The notes under the pieces were generated by a model. The model saw nothing but the letters and a program-made list of their open reading frames with translations, did not search any database and was not told the origin of the DNA. Positions 54,435 through 64,000 of a stretch of 64,000 bases of DNA are shown here, one piece after another; positions within the stretch are counted from its first letter, which is position 1, and each line of letters opens with the position of its first letter. The position numbers and the translations under genes are program-made. The DNA is from Octopus vulgaris (Eukaryota). The stretch lies in the NCBI GenBank assembly GCA_951406725.2, contig OX597820.1, positions 78,740,001-78,804,000 on the forward strand. The letters run 5' to 3'.

Positions 54435-54525
54435 TTTTAGTACAATTGTTTCATACAAAGACAGGCTTTATTAAAAGTTGCAAATATTGCAGCAGATAAA
54501 AGTGTCCCGTACTCATCAGCTAAAA
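54435..54525 (-). ncRNA. Type-I hammerhead ribozyme, canonical core
   Basis: TTTTAG-CTGATGA-GTAC...GTAT-GAAAC-AATT-GTA-CTAAAA; 6-bp helix I, extended helix II, palindromic helix III ACAATTGT. Confidence 0.75.
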
Positions 54526-54886
54526 CACATATGAGTTCTCCAAACATCTTAGTGGGTGAGGCTACACTCATGAAGTATTGGAGATAATTTCATTAAAAGC
54601 AGATTCAGGTTGCAAACAGACTTCCGAAGTTCTTTAATGATGATGCACAGTCTTATCACAGGTTTTAAAAAAGCTTATTAGCTTCACAGAGAAGGCGAAT
54701 TAATCCGTAGTGTAGGTGTAAATTTCCAGAGATATGAGGAGGTATTTCATACTCACAGACGATGAATTTATCCATGGTTAATCCACAATGAGGTGGGTAT
54801 AATTTCATGCTATATGATAAGGTATTATCTCCAATACTTCATGAGTGTAGCCTCACCCACTAAGATGTTTGGAGAACTCATATGTG

Positions 54887-54977
54887 TTTTAGCTGATGAG
54901 TACGGGACACTTTTATCTGCTGCAATATTTGCAACTTTTAATAAAGCCTTTCTTTTTATGAAACAATTGTACTAAAA
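54887..54977 (+). ncRNA. Type-I hammerhead ribozyme, canonical core (inverted copy)
   Basis: TTTTAG-CTGATGA-GTA...TAT-GAAAC-AATT-GTA-CTAAAA. Confidence 0.7.
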
Positions 54978-55226
54978 ACTAATCCATTCTTGTTGCTTCT
55001 TTCTCGTATATATATATATATATATACAAGAGTAAGCACATAAATGTGAAACAAGGTGGAAAAAAGAGTACTCAAATACCAGAGGTAGAGTAATATGCTT
55101 TATTTAAAAGCGGCAGAAATATAGTTCCACGTACCCGTACTAAAAGTTCCACGTACCCGTACGTTGGACAATTTTGTTAAAACGTGAAACTCTGAGTAAC
55201 AGCTTTTGTTATATTTCTGCTGCTTT

Positions 55227-55298
<72 letters not shown>

Positions 55299-55320
55299 CA
55301 TATATATATACATACATACA

Positions 55321-55394
<74 letters not shown>

Positions 55395-55403
55395 CATATA
55401 TAT

Positions 55404-55446
<43 letters not shown>

Positions 55447-56437
55447 GAAATTGGGGTGAGTACTTGATAATTATAAGCACCTGTGTATACCGTTTGGTGG
55501 TGTAGGTGGTGGAGTAAATTGATCAAAATAAAAATAAAAACATGAGGCGAAGGATTCAGCGGTACATATGTTTCGGGCCTTTATTAGACAGATTTATAAC
55601 AAAGCATAATGTATGTCTGTGGCCTTCTTCAGCCGCACAACAGCTTCCACAAGGACATGTGTTACATCAAAATTCTTGGTTGGGGATGCAAATCCTCTCG
55701 TTCACGTACGACATAATGCAGCGCAGCAGCATAGAATTGAAGCGTCCATCTCTTTCTTCTCTCAATGTAGAATGAGGAAACTTGGATGGTGAGGTAATGT
55801 AAACAAATAAATACGTATATAGAGGTGAAGATGGAGGGTTCGGGACGAGGGATAAAAAATATATATAAAAAATGTACGTATAGAATAATATAAAATGTAG
55901 AGGATAAAGATATAAAGAGTTGTAAGGAGGTATAAAGAAATATAAAGAAATATAAATAAATGTAAAGGCATAAGGTTGTAAAGTAAAAATAGAAATGGAA
56001 ATAATAGTAAAAGAAGTAAAAGAACCTGATAAAACATGATAAAAGTGTAAAAGAATGTAAAGATAAGGGATGTATAGAGGTCGCGGACCAAGCATGGTGG
56101 TCGTCCGCGACCTCTATACATCCCTTATCTTTACATTCTTTTACACTTTTATCATGTTTTTATCAGGTTCTTTTACTTCTTTTACTATTATTTCCATTTC
56201 TATTTTACTTTTACAACCTTATGCCTTTACATTTATTTATATTTCTTTATATTTCTTTATACCTCCTTACAACTCTTTATATCTTTATCCTCTACATTTT
56301 ATATTATTCTATACGTACATTTTTTATATATATTTTTTATCCTCGTCCCGAACCCTCCATCTTCACCTCTATATACGTATTTATTTATTTACATTACCTC
56401 AACATCCAAGTTTCCTCATTCTACATTGAGAGAAGAA

Positions 56438-56443
<6 letters not shown>
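55447..56443 (-). mobile_element. Young TA-flanked element: 341-bp near-perfect inverted arms plus an HHR-bearing unique segment
   Basis: Arms 55748-56088 and 56103-56443 with a 14-nt loop; unique segment 55447-55747. Confidence 0.85.
55559..55636 (-). ncRNA. Type-I hammerhead ribozyme, canonical core
   Basis: GCGG-CTGAAGA-A-GGCC...GGCC-C-GAAAC-ATAT-GTA-CCGC; palindromic helix III ACATATGT. Confidence 0.7.
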
Positions 56444-56490
<47 letters not shown>

Positions 56491-56491
<1 letters not shown>

Positions 56492-56885
56492 TAGCAGTAT
56501 CGCCCGGCGTTGCTCGGGTTTGTAAGGGAAATAATTATATAAGCATTTTTAGAGATGTAAAGTATAATAGCCATCTCAATATGGCTAACCACAAAGGGGG
56601 AGGGGTGTTACTGTAGCTTTTTACGTTCTGAGATTTAATAATAAATTTTAGAGAGTTACTTCCCTTATATATGTCAAAAATGGATTAAAAATGGGAAAAA
56701 TTGATGGTAAATTTTTTTTTAAATCGTAGACTCATCGTAGACGCGCGCTAATACCCAGACGGTCTCGATATGAATCACGACTATAAGATACCCGGTTTTG
56801 GTTAAACTGCACCGCAAAATGTGGGAGTAGTTAGGAATCTAAATCGTAGGAGACAGACACACAACCTCACTTTTATATATAAAGA
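56491..56885 (-). mobile_element. Non-autonomous Helitron (family 1)
   Basis: Same TC/CTAG termini and hairpin as 37784-38077, A^T site. Confidence 0.9.
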
Positions 56886-56987
56886 TTTCCTCTATTTACA
56901 TAATATTGAGGTCTCTTTCTTTCTTTTGTTATCTTACTGTTTTTACCAATATACATACATATATATATATATATAAATATATATATA

Positions 56988-57310
56988 GTTACAGAGATGT
57001 ACTTGCATAGCAAGTGACTTGATCTGAGATCGTGTGCTGGAACGAAAACAGTTGCAGCGTTGAAGGTGTTTATAAGCCATTTAAGAAACACACAAAAACC
57101 GTTAGATTCACTTCAACATTTAAATTTAATTTGTCAAAATATTTTCGTCGCTTTGAGACCGCGACCTGTTAGCACGATATTTTTGTCAGTGAACAGGTCG
57201 CGGTCTCAAAGCGACGAAAATATTTTGGCAAATTAAATTTAAATGTTGAAGTGAATGTAACGGTTTTTGTGTGTTTCTTAAATGGCTTACAAACACCTTC
57301 TACGCTGCAA
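56988..57310. mobile_element. TA-flanked foldback element (119-bp arms) with G3-C8 HHR variant
   Basis: Arms 57052-57170 and 57192-57310. Confidence 0.85.
57182..57232 (+). ncRNA. Type-I HHR motif, G3-C8 core variant
   Basis: TTTGTCA-GTGAACA-G-GTCGC-GGTCTCAAA-GCGAC-GAAA-ATAT-TT-TGGCAAA (TGACAAA in the other arm); 7-bp helix I, 5-bp helix II. Confidence 0.6.
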
Positions 57311-57330
57311 TATATATATACACACATATA

Positions 57331-57363
<33 letters not shown>

Positions 57364-57679
57364 ATGTGTATGCATGTATGTGTGTGTGTGTGTGCGTGTC
57401 TGTGCTTGTGATTGTCCTCCACCACTGCTTGACAACGAATGTTGGTTTGTTTACATCCCTGTCACCTAGTGGTTTGACAAAGGAAACAGATAGAATAAGT
57501 GCAATGCTTACAAAAATAAAACTGGAGTTGATTCATTAAAGTACAATTCTTCAAGGCATTGCCCCAGCATGGCCACAGACCAATGGCTGGAAAAAGCAGA
57601 AGAATAAAAGAATACATTCTCTGCTTTGGTCTTATGTTCAAGGCATGAGAAAGCTTGAGTTTACATGAGAAGGCCTAAC

Positions 57680-57945
57680 AGACCTGGTAGAAACAGCAGC
57701 CAAATCTCCCTCAAATCACACTTACTGTCTTATGTATGTATATATATATGAGCCAATGAGGGGGACCTCTACATGGTAGCTAGACCTGGTAGAAATAGCA
57801 GCCAAATTTCCCCCAAATCACACCTTACTGTCTTATCTATGTATATATGTATGTATGAGCCTATGAGGGAGACCCCTACATGGCAGCTAGACATGGTAGA
57901 AATAGCAGCCAAATCTCCCTCAAATCACACCTTACTGTCTTATCT
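57680..57945. repeat. ~2.5 tandem units of ~105 bp from a dispersed repeat
   Basis: GGTAGAAATAGCAGCCAAATCTCCCTCAAATCACAC-type unit three times. Confidence 0.85.
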
Positions 57946-58454
57946 TTCTGCTACTTGGATATAGGTCTTATATTCGTCGTAAAAAACTTTCCTGTCACAC
58001 ACTCACGCACACACACACACACACACGCACCCTCACACACACACACACACGCGCACACACACACACACACACACACTCACACACACGCACGTTAGCTTAC
58101 AATTTTATTTATATATTTGCGTGTCTATGTGTGGAAAGAGGAAGTGGGAGGCAGAGTGAAAGAATCACTCACTACAGTAAGTGAATTAGTTTCATTTTAT
58201 TCGTTGCCCACTGTGTGTGTGCGTTTGCGTGTGGTGTAAACCAGACTAAGAAAAGCATTTGACACACACACCAGAATGTGAGTTTTCTGTAAATTTTGCT
58301 TAATTGGAGTTTAAATTTTAAAAACTGGACCTGGCATGACGCGATGCATTGTACTCTTAAAAATGCTAGGTAAATTGTAATTGAAGAAATCCTATATTGT
58401 AGATTTGTATAACTCCCAAAGGGAGGCAGATAAAATCTGCCTTTTATAATAAGA

Positions 58455-58837
58455 CTAGCAGTATCGCCCGGCGTTGCTCGGGTTGTAAGGGAAATAACTA
58501 TATAAGCATTTTTAGAGAGTTATAGCCAAAAAATGCATTAAAAATTGAAAAAAAATTAAGGTAAATATTTTTTAAATCGTTGACACATCGTAGATATTTT
58601 TAGAGAGTTACTTCCCTTATATAAAAGCGAAAAAAATGCATTAAAATGGAAAAATATGATGGTAAATTTTTTTTAAATCGTAGACTCATCGTAGACGCAC
58701 GCTAATACCCAGAAGGGCTCGATATGAATCACGACTATAAGATACCCGCTTTTGGTTAAACTGCACCGCAAAATGTGGGAGTAGTTAGGAATCGAAATCG
58801 TAGGAGACAGACACACAACTTCACTCTTATATAAAGA
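58455..58837 (-). mobile_element. Non-autonomous Helitron (family 1) joined to a second Helitron-like 5' end
   Basis: TC/CTAG termini and hairpin; internal duplication of the TTTTAGAGAGTTA block. Confidence 0.9.
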
Positions 58838-60001
58838 TGCTTTTTTTTTTCAGTCATAGAGTTAGATTTATGAAGGTCTTCAGTAGAAAATCCTTCGAAT
58901 TCTGACTCGCTGCTTGATATAATGAAATTCGTATCCATTTTTTGTCAGAATTACAAATTTTGAAAACACAATAGGAACAAATTTCGGAAAAAAATCTCCC
59001 ATAATTCACGGAATTAAAATTACACTTCGATTTTTGTACAAAACTGTAGTTGAAGTGTTTACGAAGTATAATACGTGTTTTCACGAATGTACTAAAGAGA
59101 TTTGCTCTGATATTCTCATTTAAATATGAATAGGTAAATTCGGGCGGCTTGGTAACTATATATAAGTGTCGTCTGTTTATACATAAACACTGTTTCATAC
59201 TGCAATTATGTATACATATATCTATATATAATATTATATAATAAAATATATACAGAGTAAAATAAAAACCAATTTACCTTTTCTGTCCTCCGTGTGTCTT
59301 TGCAAATGTGTTGGAATGATAAGTGAGTTGTGTTTTTGCGCCTTTTTTACTAATAACAAACACACACGTGTTTGTATGTAGTTGTATGTGTATGTAGTTG
59401 TATGTAGTTGTATATGTATGTGTATGCGTGTGTGTGAGGAATGACACACACACACTCTCGCAAGCACACATGTACATCAATGCTTTCGGAGTGATATGTT
59501 AAAATATTGAGTTTTCTCGAATTTTGTCTTAATTGGGGGTGAAATTGAAAGAAATATATTATGGCATGAGCGAATGGAGTACTTTGAAAAATCTTAGGTA
59601 AATTCTAATTGAAGAAATTGTGTGAGGACTAAATGGTTATGTATTTATTTGTTTCTGTTTGCTGTGTTTTTTTATTTTTTGAGTAGTGGTTTAATTACTT
59701 TCAGTTTAGGCTTCCTCAAATCACTCTGTCGCTATTTACTTTCATTTTATTCGTTGCCCACTGTGTGTGTGCGTTTGCGTGTGGTGTAAACCAGACTAAG
59801 AAAAGCATTTGACACACACACAAGAATGTGAGTTTTCTGTAAATTTTGCTTAATTGGAGTTTAAATTTTAAAAACTGGACCTGGCATGACGCAATGCATT
59901 GTACTCTTAAAAATGCAAGGTAAATTGTAATTAAAGAAATCCTATATTGTAGATTTGTATAACTCCCAAAGGGAGGCAGATAAAATCTGCCTTTTATAAT
60001 A

Positions 60002-60048
<47 letters not shown>

Positions 60049-60680
60049 CACACACACACATATATATATTGGTCATCACATGTCATCACAGATTTTGCCA
60101 CAGAAATATAGTTTTAATATAAACATTGTTTCATTTATACATGAACTCCAGTCGTCTTGGTTTGATGGCGAACTCGTGTTATATCCTCTCATGCAGCTCC
60201 TTCTTGTCCTAATCATTCAAAATGCTTTTCTCAGTGGAGATACGAGCCAGTGAAGACAGCCATTTTTAGGCCATTGTGCTTCTCAGATATGAGCGCATTC
60301 TATCCAACGTTGAGAAACTTCCCTCATTATCGACTGATGTTAAGATGATGATTAGTACTAGCTTAATTAGTTTAATGGATTCTGGCATAGAGTAAGTCAG
60401 CTCCAATTTATATAGTAATTTTAAAACGGGGTTGATTGACTTGCGCTTTTTGAAATCACTGTCATCATATATTTTAACTCGTTCACTAAACCCTTACAGT
60501 GAAAAATACAGGGATGCTCGTTTTCTAGAGAGTCCATATGTTGCATGGGAAACGAGTTAGCAAAATATTCAAACTTATTAAGGTCTAGTAATTCAAAAAA
60601 TGCATACACCTGAATGTCAGAAAATCTCTCTCGCAAGAACATTAGAATGTTATCCATTATTTCAAAATAGGTGGTTTTGT

Positions 60681-61125
60681 GGATCTTTTCGGTTTGAACG
60701 ATAGTTTTTTCTGGCGGTGTCATATGAAATTGTCACCCATAATTATGACCCTAGTATCGATCTATTGCATTTCAATCTGTTTTAGGGTTAGGGTTATTTA
60801 GGGTTAGTTAGGGTTAGGGTTAAGGGTGGGGGGAAGGGTATCTTTTTTTCTTCACAAATGTAAATAAACCCAATCTGTTTCTTAAACGAGGGACATAGTC
60901 ATACGGCACAGAATGTTTTCACCTTAATAGATGGTCATTGATTGGTTGAAATTGCAGAAATTGAAAAAAAAAAAAAAAAAAAATATCTTACAAACTATAG
61001 AATTTACTCAATAAAGCCAAGAGAAAAAGATGTTTCATAAATACATTCTACCAGTATACGAAGTTTAAAATTTTTCAGTTACCTAGAAATTATGTTAAAA
61101 ACTGCCGTCCAAACAGAAAAGATCC
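60681..61125. mobile_element. Merlin-like MITE with internal TTAGGG repeats
   Basis: 29-bp TIRs GGATCTTTTCGGTTTGAACGATAGTTTTT / AAAAACTGCCGTCCAAACAGAAAAGATCC; TSD GGTTTTGT / AGTTTTGT; removal restores the hAT reading ISYKT-TYFEIMD. Superfamily inferred from the GG terminus and 8-bp TSD. Confidence 0.8.
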
Positions 61126-61964
61126 AGTTTTGTAACTAATTTGTGCGCCTCTGACTCTTTTTCTAGAAGGATCGGTCTCATCTGCCCGTTCAATGACAGC
61201 AGCTGTATCACGCAGAATGTTTTCATAATGTTTGTCCTTACGATAACCTTCAACACAATGAATGAAGTTCTTTAGTTTACTCTGACCATGCTTTATATCG
61301 AGTAGCTTACACTGTAGGATATCAAAGACTTTGCCAGCCCGAGAAAATGTGTTATGGAAGCAATTGGTGAAAAACATGAATGTGAAATCATTCAACTTGT
61401 CCAATAGATTGTCTGTTTGGCAAAGTACATCTTCATCCGACTTTTCACTAAAACCTAGAATATTTGTGAAGGCATTTTTCAAGTTTCATGCCCTAGTTTT
61501 GTCGATGACTCAGTTCTTGATCTATATCACCGTCTTGTTTCGCACATTAAATTGCCTGAAAACGTTTTTTTTTTTGCTTGGTACTGGAAGATATAAATTT
61601 ACTAAATGCGCGTAAATGAGAAAAAATACATTTTTATTCCACTAATCTTCTCGACACTTTTACTCAAAGCTAAGTCAAGTTGATGCGCATAGCAGTAGAT
61701 GAAGTGCCTGTGTTTAAACTCTTTATCCCTTAGCTTGCTCTGTACTCCGTTTTGCGTTCCTGTCGTTACAGCTGTTCCGTGGTGAGTCTGGCTCACTGGA
61801 GACGTTCAACGCAGATGTGATCACATCAGCACTTTTATCATCACTCACTTCATAGAATCCACGAAATCGTCCACATGGTTTGTCTTCATGTACATATCTT
61901 ATGATGGACAGCTGGGCATGCATTGCACAGTCTGTAGTTCCATCGGCTTGTACAGATATAACTA

Positions 61965-62210
61965 TTTTACTCTTTTACTTGTTTCAGTCATTTGACTGTG
62001 GCCATGCTGGAGCACCGCCTTTAGTCGAGCGAATCGACCGCAGGACTTATTCTTTGTAAGCCTAGTACTTATTCTATCGGTGTCTTTTGCCGATCCGCTA
62101 AGTTACAAGGACGTAAATACACCAGCATCGGTTGTCAAGCGATGTTGGGGGTACAAGCAGACACGCAAACATATAACACCCCCCACCCACACACACACAC
62201 ACACACACAT

Positions 62211-62262
<52 letters not shown>

Positions 62263-62418
62263 GACGGGCTTCTTTCAGTTTCCGTCTACCAAATCCACTC
62301 ACAAGGCTTTGGTCGGCTCGAGGCTATAGTAGAAGACACTTTCCCAAGGTGCCGCGCAGTGGGACTGAACCCGGAACCATGTGGTTGGTAAGCAAACTAC
62401 TTACCACATAGCCTGCGT
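61965..62418 (-). mobile_element. SINE family A inserted in the hAT relic
   Basis: Homology to 7121-7558. Confidence 0.9.
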
Positions 62419-62694
62419 CTATAAACATAAACAGAACTTTGCCAACTTCACTTCTAATTTCATCAGAGATGACATTTCCATTTACCTGTATTAGGTCGCT
62501 TTGTATTATACTTGAGACTCCCGAAAACTGTTACGACCCTTCTTTAGTAGAAAGTCTAGAAGCAAACACGCTGTCGATTTCCGCAAAGCACAGCAATAGT
62601 TCACGGTAATTTCCTCTACTAAGGCTGTGACTTCCTTCATCATGTCCACGTGAAGGTAACTCTTGTTTACACAGGTATAGCACTGCATTTGTTA

Positions 62695-62923
62695 ACTCTT
62701 TACTCTTTACTCTTTTACTTGTTTCAGTCATTTGACTGCGGCCATGCTGGAGCACCGCCTTTAATCGAGCAACTCGACCCCGGGACTTATTCTTTTGTAA
62801 GCCCAGTACTTATTCTATCGGTCTCTTTTGCCGCCGAACCGCTAAGTAACGGGGACGTAAACACACCAGCATCGGTTCTCAAGCAATGCTAGGGGGACAA
62901 ACACAGACACACAAACACACACA

Positions 62924-62960
<37 letters not shown>

Positions 62961-63640
62961 AAAAAATGAAGTTCGAAAATGCTGCTGTATTATACAATTT
63001 TTAATTTTTATATATACATTATAACATGTTTCAGTTCCTGAAATGAACCTTATCAAAAAAAAGTTATATATAAAAAGAGACAGCTCATGCCGTCAAACAC
63101 AAGAAATTCATTTATAATACACAACGGAGTCAGACATCTTAGAGTTCATGTATAGTTGATATATAGTTCATGTATAGTTGATGTATAGTTTGAAGTATAT
63201 TTCAAAGTGTTCGATGCAGTGGCCCACGGTGGCGATACGTATTCAATACAAAAAACAGATCAAAGTGGTGGAAAGCGGTCAATACAGAAGATTGATGTTT
63301 CCGAAAGAGCGAGGAATTCATTTTACCTTAAGCAATTGTGATGACCCATGGTGGAAGTTCGCTGGGTGGTTCTAGTGATTTTTTGTGAAATGCTTGGTTT
63401 TATAATGCCTGTTAGGTGGTCAATCTAGCGTAGCGTGACGTCATCAATGTTTTGACCAATATATATATACATATATACGACGGGCTTCTTTCAGTTTCGT
63501 CTACCAAATCCACTCACAAGGCTTTGGTCGGCTCGAGGCTATAGTAGAAGACACTTGCCCAAGGTGCCACGCAGTGGTACTGAACCCGGAACCATGTGGT
63601 TGGTAAGCAAACTACTTACCACACAACCACTCCTGCGCCT
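62695..63640 (-). mobile_element. SINE family A split by an HHR element (~62957-63458)
   Basis: 3' body 62695-62925, head 63477-63640. Confidence 0.85.
63019..63060 (-). ncRNA. Type-I HHR motif, U3-A8 core variant
   Basis: TTTT-TTGATAA-GGTTC-ATTTCAG-GAACT-GAAAC-AT-GTT-ATAA; helix II intact, helix I imperfect. Confidence 0.5.
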
Positions 63641-63780
63641 AACTGTTTTAAATAGTGTCTATCTTCATCAGCTGCTTTGTTATGCCGTTCTTTTTCCAGT
63701 TTAGCAAACTCACTAATAACTATCACAATATCTTCTTCGGCAAACCCACTAATAGCTATCACAATATCGTACAATCCGAA

Positions 63781-63920
63781 AGGCGGCGAACTGGCAGAAA
63801 CGTTAGCACACCGAGCGAAATGCTTAGCGATATTTCATCTGTCGTTACGTTCTGAGTTCAAATTCCGCACAAGTCGACTTTGCCTTTCATGCTTTCAGGG
63901 GTCTATAAATTAAGTACCAG
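63781..63920 (+). mobile_element. SINE family B 5' part, interrupted by a MITE
   Basis: AGGCGGCGAACTGGCAGAAACG head and core up to AAGTACCAG. Confidence 0.85.
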
Positions 63921-64000
63921 GGATCTTTTCGTTTTGACCGGCAGTTTTTTAAAATAATTTCCACACAACTAAACACTTTTAAACTTCATACACTGGTAGA
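63921..64000. mobile_element. Second copy (one end) of the Merlin-like MITE, running off the window
   Basis: GGATCTTTTCGTTTTGACCGGCAGTTTTT.. is the reverse complement of ~61048-61125. Confidence 0.8.

Larger units (their letters stand above)
54288..55007. mobile_element. Young TA-flanked foldback element with a complete HHR in each arm
   Basis: Near-identical inverted arms 54405-54588 and 54824-55007. Confidence 0.85.
60135..62690 (-). pseudogene. Decayed hAT transposase (DUF4371/ZMYM1-like) split by a MITE and a SINE
   Basis: QELPSRGHDE..GNYRELL, QADGTTD, QLSIIRYV, IYCYAHQLDL (CxxH), YFEIMDNIL..RERF and hAT dimerisation-like SVDNEGSFSTL..RSYLRSTM; stops and frameshifts. Confidence 0.88.

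Noticed and set aside
55667-56616. Mirror-image hydrophobic ORFs
   Set aside because: Artefact of the T-rich palindrome arm read on both strands
60135-62690. Functional ZMYM1-like host gene
   Set aside because: Stops, frameshifts and two TE insertions within the reading frame

Overview
Repeat-saturated, microsatellite-rich, AT-rich animal genomic DNA. The SINE repertoire, (TA)n/(TATG)n/(GATA)n density and TTAGGG telomere motif fit an octopod cephalopod best; this is inference. I found no intact host protein-coding gene, and almost every ORF in the supplied track is a microsatellite translation. Recognisable content: at least four tRNA-derived SINE families; 5'-truncated LINEs (Tx1/L1, CR1-like, RTE-like, CRE-like, HERO-like); decayed DNA transposases (mariner, maT-like, Tigger/pogo, hAT); hAT, mariner and Merlin-like MITEs; non-autonomous Helitrons; and a ~3 kb interstitial TTAGGG array with higher-order structure. 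The strongest hidden signal is a dispersed set of roughly 15 short non-coding elements, mostly at (TA)n tracts, that carry minimal type-I hammerhead-ribozyme (HHR) motifs resembling Penelope-like-element pLTRs. Many are long foldbacks with a shared architecture. Between them they show all four Watson-Crick versions of the core 3-8 pair (C-G, G-C, A-U, U-A). Several nest in the internal microsatellite of the commonest SINE, and one has the whole telomeric array at its hairpin apex, flanked by a ~26-bp degenerate duplication. All coordinates were read by eye; ends of decayed repeats are approximate.
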